20,000 nt of DNA from contig KZ538434.1 of the NCBI GenBank assembly GCA_000934665.2, positions 50,814 through 70,813 of the forward strand, in the 5' to 3' direction. Both the position numbers and the translations under genes were made by a program. Shown in pieces: positions 1 through 11,024 of this stretch. Positions within the stretch are counted from its first letter, which is position 1; each line of letters begins with the position of its first letter. A model generated the notes under the pieces. The model made no database searches and was not told the DNA's origin. It saw only the letters and a program-made list of their open reading frames with translations. The stretch is from Catajapyx aquilonaris (Eukaryota).

Positions 1-99
1 CATTGATTGGATTGCTGCTGCACACGAGATCGCCGTGTTGCGGTATCAAAGATGGTGAGCATACACCAACCTCTTTTGGTTTTTCTGGCTTCACATTTT
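1..99 (-). CDS. Exon 11 (partial, runs off window): probable start of a second Sushi/CCP domain
   Basis: Acceptor ttgtag|AA, in frame with exon 10. Reads ENVKPEKPKEVGVCSPSLIPQHGDLVCSSNPIN, matching a C-x-P-x3-P-x-H-G Sushi opening. Confidence 0.8.
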
Positions 100-160
100 C
101 TACAAGGTTCAAGAAAGGTTTGGGGCCGGTACAAAATCAAAGTTCATCTTATGCAATTAC

Positions 161-283
161 CCTGGCATGTGCTTCCATCAGCTTGTAGCGTGTATCCATC
201 ATTGCATGCGCATTTGAAAGAACCTTCCGAATTGATGCACTTTTGTTGACAGTTCCCGTTGTACAACTCACATTCATCGATGT
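161..283 (-). CDS. Exon 10: calcium-binding EGF
   Basis: Acceptor gatag|AC and donor G|GTAATT. Reads DIDECELYNGNCQQKCINSEGSFKCACNDGYTLQADGSTCQ. Confidence 0.95.
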
Positions 284-393
284 CTATCAGTGAAAAGAGT
301 GTAATAAAAAATTGGGTAACCAATATCAAACCAGCAAGTTACAGTATATACATCCTGGTTATTATCTTGACTTAGAACATAAGAAATGCTCAC

Positions 394-639
394 CCAAACA
401 TTTGGAATCGCCAATAAGGTGGTACCCGGTAGCGCATTCACAACGGAATGATCCCACAGTATTGGAACAGTAGCCCGGAACACAAAACGTGGGTTCTTCC
501 CAGCACTCGTCAACATCCACGCAGACTTGCCCTTTGGAACCAGGACGGTATCCGGGATCACACTGGCATTCAAACGTCCCATCCAGATTGACACAAGTAC
601 CACCTTTGCACAAGCTCGTATCTTCGCACTCATTCACAT
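394..639 (-). CDS. Exon 9: two calcium-binding EGF domains
   Basis: Acceptor tttag|AT and donor G|GTGAGC. Reads DVNECEDTSLCKGGTCVNLDGTFECQCDPGYRPGSKGQVCVDVDECWEEPTFCVPGYCSNTVGSFRCECATGYHLIGDSKCL. Confidence 0.95.
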
Positions 640-698
640 CTAAACGAAATGCAAATTTTTAATGGGACGAACTTTCAATAACAAATGAAACATGCTAC

Positions 699-818
699 CG
701 TCACATGCAGTGCCGTTGACTAATTTGTAACCGAAGCCGCATCCGCATCGAAAACCACCTTCCAAGTTGAGGCAGTAACCACGCAAACACGGGTTTATAG
801 TTGCGCACTCGTTTATAT
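699..818 (-). CDS. Exon 8: calcium-binding EGF
   Basis: Acceptor atgcag|AT and a weak donor G|GTAGCA that leaves a 59-nt intron. Reads DINECATINPCLRGYCLNLEGGFRCGCGFGYKLVNGTACD. Confidence 0.9.
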
Positions 819-880
819 CTGCATGTTCAAGTATGTCATTAAGCAAGCCAACATCATTAACAAAGTTGTTCAGCACTTAC

Positions 881-1258
881 CTACACAATTGTTACCATCT
901 AGTTTATATCCCTTTCCACATGGAGGGAGTGTGATGGCTGTTGTTGATGCTATGATTATCGGAGGTTTAGTTGAGGGTCTCGCAGTTTTATACGTAGTTG
1001 TAGTTCCAACTTCGGTTGTAGGTGGTTGAATTGTGGTCGCCATAAGTATTGCGGGAGACAATGGCACCATCGCAGTTGAAGAAGGACGGAATGTAGGGGG
1101 GGATTCAATATTCCTACTCATTGTGGTTGGGGTAGAAGTTGTAGAGGTGGATGACGTCGCAAGATCTTCTAAAGTAAGACATCGATATGAACCAATAGTG
1201 TTGCGACATCCCAGCTCACATGACGGCGCGATTTCTGGCACGGAACATTCGTCCACAT
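881..1258 (-). CDS. Exon 7: cbEGF interrupted by a Thr/Ser/Pro-rich insert
   Basis: Acceptor tttcag|AT and donor G|GTAAGT. Reads DVDECSVPEIAPSCELGCRNTIGSYRC-[86 aa]-CGKGYKLDGNNCV (ORF 870..1268). Confidence 0.92.
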
Positions 1259-1960
1259 CTGAAATCAAGAATTATGCCTGCAATACAGTTGGTAAAAGAA
1301 AGCGAAATATTTTTAGCCAATCCATCTCTTCAATCCTCTCCACCCAGCTATCCCTTGCTATCCCCATCATGGGGTATCCCCATTTTTCATGATGTCCACG
1401 TGGTCGTGAATCATCAGCCGGCTTCTCCATGAACCAAATGGCAGATCAACGTCCCAAAAGAGAGGCCATTGAGTCAGAGCACAGACATTGGCTCGACTCC
1501 CAACCACCCGATGGAAATAGAGGCATCCGGAAGAATAATACTGTAGCTTGCACCCCAATGGGAACCTGGCCAAATACAAGAATTTCACCCTCCCACCTCC
1601 CCCTCACTTCACGGAGGATTTCACCCCTTTTGCCCGTTGGCACTTCCTCATTTGAGTCTTGTCATTTGTCATGCGTTTCCCCCGCCTTGTCGGATCAGCC
1701 ATTTGCTTTTCCACACTCTGGAATTCACAGAAGGGACTTCCTGATGGATGATTCTCACGTCGCTACTTGCTTGCTCCATTTACATGGCATCTCCCATGTG
1801 AGGAATTGGAAGCCACCGGAGGATCCCCACCGGGCCACTTATTTGTACATGTATACTACTTGTATTACATGCCCCCCCATAACGGTACGGTACTGAAAAC
1901 CGGCCTATCCCGGATCTCCATCTTAGCAACACCTTGGAGAATAGACAAACACTATCTTAC

Positions 1961-2218
1961 CATGGCATGTTTTCCAGTCATCTTGCAGCTCAAATCCATT
2001 GGGGCATGCACAGAAGGCGGCTCCCAGTGTGTTGAGGCAGAGATGTGAGCATCCGAAGTTGTCCTGCGCGCACTCGTCTTCGTCCTCACAAGTATGGGCA
2101 TCCGATGCAAGCCGTGTGCCGGGCAGTCCATCGCAGGAGCACAGGTAACTGCCCGGAAAATTTGTGCAGGTGTCCTGGCATGGGCCGTGTCCGTTGCGGA
2201 GGAGGCACTCGTTCCGAT
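1961..2218 (-). CDS. Exon 6: two calcium-binding EGF domains
   Basis: Acceptor ttcag|AT and donor G|GTAAGA. Hand translation: DRNECLLRNGHGPCQDTCTNFPGSYLCSCDGLPGTRLASDAHTCEDEDECAQDNFGCSHLCLNTLGAAFCACPNGFELQDDWKTCH. Confidence 0.95.
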
Positions 2219-2409
2219 CTGAACATAATTATGACATAAGCACACATTCGGAACAAGTTAGTGTGGAAACACAAATCGTGTCAGTGCAGTGTAGGACATG
2301 GCGTTCCCGTAAGCGCCAAAAGCTAATCCTGAAAGGCAGTCTTCCTGGTGAGCAGGAGAGTCTAAAGGTTAGCTCAGAAGAGTAAGGATAACAGTATTAG
2401 CCTTGTATA

Positions 2410-2495
2410 GGTCCTTTATCAGTACGTTGAGCCAAGAGCTCTTGGTTGAGTGAATAGCAGGAGTACTCACTCCCTGCTCAACTGATAAAAGAACC
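2410..2495. mobile_element. Small degenerate palindromic MITE
   Basis: Ends GGTCCTTTATCAGT..TTGAGC and GCTCAACTGATAAAAGAACC are imperfect inverted repeats. Internal perfect palindrome CCAAGAGCTCTTGG at 2432-2445. No clear TSD. Confidence 0.55.
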
Positions 2496-2721
2496 TGAAG
2501 GTAAATCTAATGAATATGCGAGTTTATACAAAGAGGGAGGTCGAAATTATGACTTTAATGTATTTTAATATGTCATCAACTTATATGTATACTAGAAAAC
2601 CATCGCTACTCTCGAATTTTTCTATGGCGGTGGGCACAGCATTTTAAATCGCTTCCGACTTACAGCCCTACAGGTGTTGACCCTATGGCCGACAGAGATG
2701 GAATGGTAAGTTAGAGACGTT

Positions 2722-2883
2722 GGGGCCGTGCAGACGGGCCAAGCTTAGGCGCGGCTGGCCGCGGCCGCGACGGTTCACAGTTTCACACCTAGCGGCTCCC
2801 TAGCAACGCCACGGCCAGGCCACGGCCAACTTCCTGGAAGTTGGCCAGGGCCGCGGCCAAGCTTGGCCCGTCTGCACGGCCCC
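2722..2883. mobile_element. PIF/Harbinger-like (Tourist-type) MITE
   Basis: Perfect 25-bp TIR GGGGCCGTGCAGACGGGCCAAGCTT and a 3-bp TSD GTT (2719-2721 and 2884-2886). GC-rich self-complementary interior. Confidence 0.88.
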
Positions 2884-3022
2884 GTTGTTTACACCCCATG
2901 GCGCATGTGTGGATCGGAGGCCTATGGGAATCGGCGGTTACAACAATATGCGACGGACCAATCAGAGGGCTCGATCAAACAATGTAGGATTTTAATATTA
3001 TAGATTTGTACCATTTTCTTAC

Positions 3023-3145
3023 CTTCACATTTCCAGCCATTTGACGCTAATCGATATCCATCAATGCATTCACACCTGTACGAACCCAGTGTGTTGATGC
3101 ATTGCCCTTCACATCCACCGTTCTTTTCCCGGCATTCGTCTATGT
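3023..3145 (-). CDS. Exon 5: calcium-binding EGF
   Basis: Acceptor ttgcag|AC and donor G|GTAAGA. Reads [41 protein letters not shown]. Confidence 0.95.
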
Positions 3146-3226
3146 CTGCAATGCAATAATTATTTAACAGTAAATATAAAGAAACTCTGCAAAATGTGCA
3201 CATTCAAGAGTATCAGTTTTTCTCAC

Positions 3227-3385
3227 CTTGGCAAGTGGCCCCATCTGTTCCAAGACTGTATCCTTTGTAGCACATGCATGTGGCGATACCTGCGTCGTCC
3301 TTGCAAATATGCTGGCATCTGTTTGGCGTTTGAGCGCAAGGGGATGCCACCGATGACGGTAACTCATTTGACGTCTCTTGAGTGC
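3227..3385 (-). CDS. Exon 4: EGF-like domain
   Basis: Acceptor tctag|GC and donor G|GTGAGA. Reads GTQETSNELPSSVASPCAQTPNRCQHICKDDAGIATCMCYKGYSLGTDGATCQ (6 Cys). Hand-translated; this frame is absent from the ORF track. Confidence 0.9.
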
Positions 3386-3549
3386 CTAGATACAGTATCG
3401 GATGGACATTTGTAGGCTACAAATGTGCAAAAATTCAAAATATCACCAAAAGAGATTACAACTTAATACATGCAGATTTGCCTTACATGCACACAATATG
3501 TCGTAGCCCCATAGCGAAATAATTGGGCACGTCATGAAATGTCGGCTGG

Positions 3550-3970
3550 CCATACCTGCCCATGACCTGGACGAAATGTGAGGAGGAAATGTCTGGAAGT
3601 CCAGGAGTTGGTCCTGACTCTTGAGCCAAGGGTAGTCCAGCTGTCCAGGTGACTGTACGGAAAGGTTGGCATCCGTATACTGTGAGTGAAGGCAAGTACT
3701 TGTCTGATTGGTTGATAATAAGTGTCATTTGGTGGGGCAGACATGTCCGAGGAAGTAACCAAAGTGCACTGCTGCAAATCTTCTCTCTTCAGCATTCTCA
3801 TGACCAATTTGGTCATCTCAAAGTCATATGCAGACTCCTGATGCAATCACAGGACGGATGACAACCTTTCCGTACAAGGATTACCCTTGGCTCAAGAGTC
3901 AGGACCAACTCCTGGACTTCCAGACATTCCCTCCTCACATTATTTTCGTCCAGGTCATCGGCAGGTATGG
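3550..3970. mobile_element. Fold-back/MITE-like element with ~130-bp inverted arms
   Basis: Arms at about 3550-3688 and 3845-3970, including a perfect 47-bp inverted match (3588-3634 vs 3882-3928). TSD not resolved. Confidence 0.8.
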
Positions 3971-4340
3971 ACTGCACTCGGCATCTCCTGATTCCCTCCA
4001 CACCTTCTGGTTTTGCTCAGCTGCTCATGTACACTGGGTAGATTCTGAATTACGGAATCCGTCCAACCCGTTGCTGACACTTCGCGAACAGTCCAATATT
4101 TCTGAGCACATGCTGTAATTCTTCATGGGAGATTGCACTACAGCATGTGTCCAATTTCAGTAGACACTTCATGAAGTGCCCGATTTCGCTATGGAGCTAC
4201 GACATATACACAACAATATTTACTGCGATTTGCAGTTCTTCTGTTCATCTCGCTTCACCCAATTGTAAATCTTGGTAGCACCGGTTAAATGGTAGAATCC
4301 AGCATACCTTACCATAGGAACAGATTTACTCTGTGCCTAC

Positions 4341-4516
4341 CTTTAAGTACACAACGTGGACCAGGACCGACCCATCGACCCTCGGAACAATATAATCGAA
4401 GATTGTCTTCAGGAGAAGCAGACGCTTCATGCGACAGTCTCTCCGGAACATAATTATCTCGACATCTGTATATGGCAGCTACGTAAGTGTTATGAGGCGG
4501 GTTGGGATTTTCCAAT
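4341..4516 (-). CDS. Exon 3: second half of Sushi/CCP domain
   Basis: Acceptor ttccag|A and donor G|GTAGGC. Reads RLENPNPPHNTYVAAIYRCRDNY...LRLYCSEGRWVGPGPRCVLK, with Sushi motifs YxC and C-x-x-G-x-W-x4-P-x-C. Confidence 0.9.
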
Positions 4517-5011
4517 CTGGAAGCATACAAAAAAAAACCACTATAACATTCATTTGACTGTGGGTGAATTAAACCTTGTTAGTTGTGACTCTTTCCGTTC
4601 CTCGAGTTATTCGACATCAAAACACGCTATAAGTCAACAGTGGAAATAGGCAACACAGCCCACACACTAGCCCATTTTGGCAATTCTCCTACTCGCTTAA
4701 CCATTAAATCACCAGGTAATATAACAAGGTGTGAATATATCTGCAGTCTTGTTACATTTTTGGCACCACTATCAAAGTGACGGGGTTCTCCACGCGGAAC
4801 TAAATACCAACTTCCTGAGGCAAGATATATCGTTTATCATATCTCGAGGGCAAAACCAGGGACGAACGAAAATGTACCTCTATTACTGTGAACCCCTTTT
4901 GAATGCTGTCCATGATGTTGACATGATTTTCCCTGGCCCAAAAGCGATCAGACTTATTCAAAGTTGCCACAGCTATAAAATTGCCTGAAGTTGGAACCAA
5001 CGATTTCTTAC

Positions 5012-5369
5012 CTGGTGTACTGAAGAACAATAGCGGAAGGGAAATCCGGAGCTCTGTATATTCCTCTTGTGAAGCAGGTGAGGTCCAGTTGGGCCCAGTT
5101 GATCTTGTGCATCACATCGCTCTCTTCATTGATATCTGTCGGTTCAATCACCATCATTCCGGTATCACCGTCGTGCGATTCTTCCGTGTTGATACCGTCT
5201 CCGGACCCCATATCCGTGTCATGGTCATCTGGAGACGTATAGAGAGAGTCTAGTGGCTCCGATTCGTTCTTCCAGTGCTCGTCTTCCTCATCTTCGTCTC
5301 CGTCTTCACTGCTTTTAACCCGGAGAAACCGCTGGGGGTCATTACCGTACATTGACACCATCAATGGCC
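5012..5369 (-). CDS. Exon 2: acidic linker and first half of a Sushi/CCP domain
   Basis: Acceptor ttgcag|GG and donor AG|GTAAGA (phase 2). Reads GPLMVSMYGNDPQRFLRVKSSEDGDEDEED...LDLTCFTRGIYRAPDFPSAIVLQYTR (ORF 5008..5364). Confidence 0.85.
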
Positions 5370-6728
5370 CTGCAATAGAATATTAGGTAAGTTGTAGTGT
5401 TTGCGACAGAACGTTGCGTTCGTGACAAAAATAGCTTTAATCCTGCAACATTCACTATGCATGGTGGTAAACTGCCATAGTTGTCACCTCAAGCTATGGG
5501 ACGGGGTAAAACAATGATGAATGACTACCTCCCATCGCTCAAGTACTGTACAGTACAGTACATGCCCATTGGTAGATCCCGATGTGTACAGTACGAGAGA
5601 GTGAAGTGCACATATTACCATTTGAGCCAGTAATCCGTCACGTTTTAGCCCATATTGTTGGAGTGTCAACTACGAGAGTGTTCTACCCTGTATAAGTAAA
5701 AATCTATATAAACATTCAAAATTACGGTGTGTGTAGGTATACAGGTTATCATTCATTGACATTACGTATTAACTGGCCTTATTTATTTCTGTATTCATTT
5801 ACTTCCTATTTGTTTTGATCCTTCGCAGGTGTCGCATTTTTCTATGGCGCAGGCGTAGAAAACCACTCCCTTCGCTCGCTTTTTTCTAGGCCTGCCGCCT
5901 GCAGACCTGCAGTGCCCACCATGTTTTTAATCGCTTCGGATATATATAGCCAATGATGATGACCATCTCCCAATCAGATGCATACACCCCCACCCGTTCC
6001 TCCGTGCATTCACATATCCGTGATTCCGTACCCTGCGACCCATCTGCAATCCCACCTTTGCTTTGCATTGGCTGGGAAATATGCATTTGCTCACCTCAAC
6101 ATACCAATACCTTTTGACTTTAAAAAAAAACTCAATTATTGTATGAACATAAATTCACAACCTCGACCGCTTCTACTCGCATGCACTCGCACATGTATCT
6201 AAATTATATACACACTTTCCGACCACGTTTTTCTAACTGCTCATAACTCCCCTTTATAAACGTCCATAGAATTTGGTGAAATCGTGGTAGTTTGCGAGAA
6301 TTAAATCAATATTTATCTGCGGCTTGCCTCTGTCACATCTGAAAACACCCAAACTTATTTCATTTTCGTGAAATACGACGATTTCAGCAAATTCGTCTGG
6401 CACGTTTCTCAAGGTAGAAATTCCGCATACTGTAACATATTTAATAATTAAATCAGCTTAACAGTTGGCCGGTAATACCTGAATTTCGAGTTTTTACGGC
6501 GATCTTATTGAAAATTTATTTAGGGTCTTCTAAATGAGGAAAAATGTTTCCGTCACATACAGAGCATGAATGTGTAAGTTAGTACCGGTATATCTGTTAT
6601 TATTATTTTGTAAAAATATATTGTCCTTATCTTCATAGTATGTGTAAGCGAAAATCTAGACGATGGCTATATATAGCAGATAGCGAACTTAGACAATATT
6701 GTCTAAGATAGCGAAGGGGCTAATAGTA

Positions 6729-7164
6729 CGGTTGAATCCGGATGTTAACAAACTTCCAGAGACCGCGGAAAAGTATGTTGTAACCGAGGTTTGTTTAGCC
6801 ATATCGTCACTTTTGCAACGAAAACATATTTCTGCTTTAATTATGCTTATATAATGCCCACTACTACATACCGATTAATGAAATTCATCAAAAATGCAAT
6901 GTTAGCTGACCCGAAAATAATTATGCAGGACCAAAATATCCGAATTTTCTTCTGCCGTCTTCTTTTTGCTAATTTTATACCAGAAAAGCCTTATTTTCCC
7001 ACTGAGGGGCCAAGAAATGGCCTGTTAGAACCGAGGTGAGGTGAAAATGAGTCTGTTTTATCCGAAGTAAAAATATATACAGGGCGCCTTATGGAAGCAT
7101 GCCGGGACCGGCTTTTATAACCGAAAGTCTGTTACAGCCGAGGCTGTTATATCCGGATTCAACT
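6729..7164. mobile_element. Tc1/mariner-pogo (Tigger-like) non-autonomous element
   Basis: Left end TA|CGGTTGAATCCGGATGTTAACA versus right end TGTTATATCCGGATTCAACT. Internal repeated TAACCGA/TATCCGA motifs are typical of pogo-derived MITEs. Confidence 0.75.
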
Positions 7165-7180
7165 AGGTGGAGCTGTGAGG

Positions 7181-7374
7181 TTTGGACATAGATCCGCACC
7201 ATCCTATTGCACCTTCGGCCCTTTGAAGAAGAAACCGAATTCTGAATAGTTATTGAGCAAAAAATAAAAACGTGTTTTTAGTGGTTTTTAATTTTTGCGT
7301 CGTTTTGAAGAGGAATTGAGTTTAGCTGTAAATGGTAGGAATGCACTTCACGACGGTGGGGATCTGTGTTCAAA
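7181..7374. repeat. Inverted repeat pair, probable DNA-transposon fragment
   Basis: 7181-7203 TTTGGACATAGATCCGCACCATC matches the reverse complement of 7352-7374 at 19/23 positions. Confidence 0.5.
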
Positions 7375-10300
7375 AGGAACGAAGCTCTATCTACAACAGA
7401 ACTTGAGTTAGGGCGAATAAAGAAAATGTAACAACAAGAAGATGTTGGAAAAATTCATTGTTGAAATGGCATATTCGGTCTTAGTTAGGGGAAACCGCCC
7501 CTTAAATAACAAGATAAGCACAATATCACATCATATCACTTGTTTTTGGCATACAGGGATTCCACTTTTCCGTACGTAATTCGAAAGCGGAATTCGATGG
7601 AGGCCTATCGCCTATGTATAATATTCGCTATATTATTCTGAGGGTGTTGAGTACCCTTTTACTCAGGCCAGCGTTACAAGCTAAAAATTTGTGTAAGTCC
7701 AAACTATCACTCTCATTGTCCCATAATGACTCATCAACACGGCTTATCTACTCTTTCTCGACGTGATGGTGAGTGCCGGTGACCACATATGCGTGAGTCC
7801 GAGATTGTCAACCTCTTGATGTCCTTTTCCCAGTCAGCTGTCGCGAAAATGGCCGGCATTCTTTATGTTCCTTTGACATCAGTCGGGAAAATGCCTAGGG
7901 TCCCCTCAATCCGCGGCAGATGATTTGCGTTGGCAAATAAACAGGAATGTGAGTAGGGGAATGAAGATAAGAGTAAGGGCCTCCGAATGGAATCGGATCT
8001 CCTCCAAGGCCTGGCGCCTCAGAAGAATGCAAATTGCGGGGTAGCACTAATTATATTACCAACCCTCGTCATCGTGAGCATCCCTCTTGGAGGCCGAATG
8101 CCGAAGACGCAATTCGACGTTCCAACGGGCCCCTGGAAGAAATCCTTCATCTGACAGCACTTCTCTGAAATGACCAAAAATGAAATTGAAATTTACATAC
8201 ACTAGCAAGGTGGTTTCTGCTTAGGAAAAAAAATATATTCGTGCATATTATTAAAACTTGTACAGTTCATCCGGCGAGTGATATAGTTTACAGAAAACAT
8301 ACGCAGTGATACTGATTCTGTAATGATGTAGGTTCACTTCGTGCTCGTTATTTAAAAGCATAGGCCTATATTGCTGCATAGAGCAATATGCAAACCTTTT
8401 ACAGATAGATTCATGAATGCAACTAACTTCTTACATCAGTGGTGATTTTAAAAATCATCCAAATAACTAGTATGAACTGCAGTGTTTCATAGCTACAAGA
8501 AGCCCAATTTTGATGCGGATGTAACTGAACAAGATGTGATAATATAGCCTACTCTAGGTGAAGTTTACCCGGAATTGGCGTTTTCTTGCTGCAATGAGTT
8601 GTGGACTTCTCGAATAACGTCCCCTTCTGAAAAAAGAATAAGAAAGGGCCAATGGTGAGAAAGCCTTATTTCGATGGTAATCTTCATTTATTATCGCATT
8701 TAAAAGACGCGCCCTTGCCTAAATGGCGGTCGATGCTCTTTCCCTTGACCAATAACTGACCTTCGGAAGATATGTTCCAAAAGGCAAGGACCACACATAC
8801 GCGATGAAAGCATGAAGATTTCCTTCAGACAACAGAGCGGAACGAAAACAAAACGATCAGCAGGCTTAGGATGTCTAGAATTCCTTCCAGACCATTGTCG
8901 GCCTTTTGTCAAGATACACATAGTGCGTTTATCGCATCACTCTTCGTCCTTCTGTCTTACTTTTTGTCGAACACGAAGGATGAAAAAGCGAATGGAAAAG
9001 AAGTGCCGTAAATTACCCGAGAACACTTTTACAAGTGTCGGGCTTTCCGCCCTTTTTCTGTGACCAGAAACAATAATACAACCTAGCAACCTGGGTGGGG
9101 CAAGTGCAAAAAGAGCTTTAGGGAAACCTCCACTTAATCGTTCCTATAAGAAAACCTCCCGAGAGCTTAGATCAACAATAGCTGCGGCAAACCTATGCAG
9201 ATTCGTCTACAGTGCATAATACATACAATTCACACTCAAGAAATGAACTACTCGGGCTTTTAAAAATAGCCACGTGTGTGGACAACCTCTGAATGAATCA
9301 CACATTTGCCCACTTCTCACACCAATTTGCCCAAGACATTTGGCCAAACAACTGGTAATCCTCGAATCAACATGACTGGAGCACGTTGGAGCACTTCTCT
9401 TTAAATTATAGACCTAATTAATTAGCGTCAGCCTCTAAGCCCCTGTTGTTACTTCCAGCCCAACTTTCCAGCTCATTACAATAATTCTGGTGCTATCAGA
9501 CAAAGCCAAAAAGTCCGTCAACACAAGCGGTGTTGCCAGATAGGGCTGGCGTCTGGCCACGTGAGGCCAAGGGGTGCGTGGGTACCGGCGAGTATGCAAC
9601 ATGCCTTTTTTGGACGGAAGGTCGGTCACTTGGATAAGTTTAATAGCACGTCTCCACTGATTAACCAGACAGAATGAGACTCTGAATCAGTGGGGGATGG
9701 CCTCGATGAAATTGTACAATTATATTAGGCCACACTTCTCCTTGTGGATATCGGCATACTGATCCGACAAGTGGGGTTATCCTCACAAGGACGTCTTGAC
9801 AGAGATTGATGACGGAACAATAATAAATTTTATAAAATTAAATGAATATATTGATTTAAAAATGCTAGGGAAATAGATGGTCAATTTCAATCAAATTCGT
9901 GTCCTCCTGACATTTTCGGAGTTGGATTAGGCCTACAAGGGAATATTAGCATAGATAGATGGTGCATTCCGGTCAACTGACTACGAATAATTAGACTCGA
10001 GGACTGCCCTAAGCGTGTCCAATTAGCGGGTTAGATCAATTTTCAAGAAATTACCTGGTGCGATTTTATAGGCAATTTTTCACTAGTATGTTCACGGTAT
10101 TGGGGGAAAAAAATAATTTGATAATAATCCACAGACAGTACGTGGTACCACAATAACTTTTCATGGCGACTCGTACCCAGGTTAATGAAGTGTATCGGAA
10201 ACTTACAGTCCCTTTCCTTGAATGGATAGAATAATGGGGCATCGACACGGTCTCTATACAGAAAAGTAGAAGCTTAATCAAGGGCAGGTTCATTCAATGT

Positions 10301-10930
10301 TATCGTCACCCGGTCACTGACCTCCTATGTACCTGCACCAGCATCTCATTTTCTCCTTTTCGAATGACATAAGAGACTGGGTATTTTTACCGACAACGCT
10401 CATGTCGCAATGGCCGCATATTTACAAACCTTGTTCGATCATACCGGTACGCTTTCACGTAGAAAATTAATCAACTCGAGAATTATACTTGTAATAACCT
10501 GGTACACAATGTAACTCAATATATCGCATTATAGAAAACAGCACCACACATCCTAACTAATGTGGCCGAATTTCCGGATCAGAATAGGCATTCGGCTATA
10601 TTAATTCACAAGTACAGTAACTTGAGACTAGTTTTGCAAAATATTACTGATGCACATAACTTCATTCCCATTTTCCAAGTTACAGGAATTCCATGAGCAT
10701 CCAAGATATTTAAAATTCGCACGTACACCAATCAAAGAATACCAGATATGAACTGATTTAATGAGATTGAAATTGATAGCTTTTCGAATTTCCCGGCAAA
10801 TGATACACTAATAATTAACATTCCTATAATCAACAAAAACCGCAAAATAATCACCGCGTAAAAATTCCCACACTATCAAAATGAAAATGATGAAAGCGTA
10901 TGTCAAGTCTGATTAATGGGAAACACTTAC

Positions 10931-10985
10931 CGGCGACGATGAAAATGGCAACCGCACATGCCAGAAGCAATTTGGCCCGCAACAT
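10931..10985 (-). CDS. Exon 1 (signal peptide) of fibrillin/fibulin-like EGF-Sushi matrix protein (frac-like)
   Basis: ATG at 10985-10983 reads MLRAKLLLACAVAIFIVA (basic N-terminus plus hydrophobic core). It ends at a consensus donor G|GTAAGT, and phase 1 joins in frame to the exon starting at 5369. Confidence 0.85.
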
Positions 10986-11024
10986 CCCGAAGCAGACCCT
11001 CGGCCTCTGTCTCACACACGCGCT

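Noticed and set aside
1033..1392. Val/Gly-rich + strand ORFs (823-1029 and 1033-1392)
   Set aside because: These are the antisense shadow of the Thr/Pro-rich coding exon.
1429..1896. 155-aa + strand ORF within intron 6 of the EGF gene
   Set aside because: No recognisable domain or splice context. It is probably a chance ORF in moderately GC-rich intron DNA.
7851..7920. HDV-like ribozyme (starts GGCCGGCAT)
   Set aside because: No complementary P1 strand or nested pseudoknot is visible.
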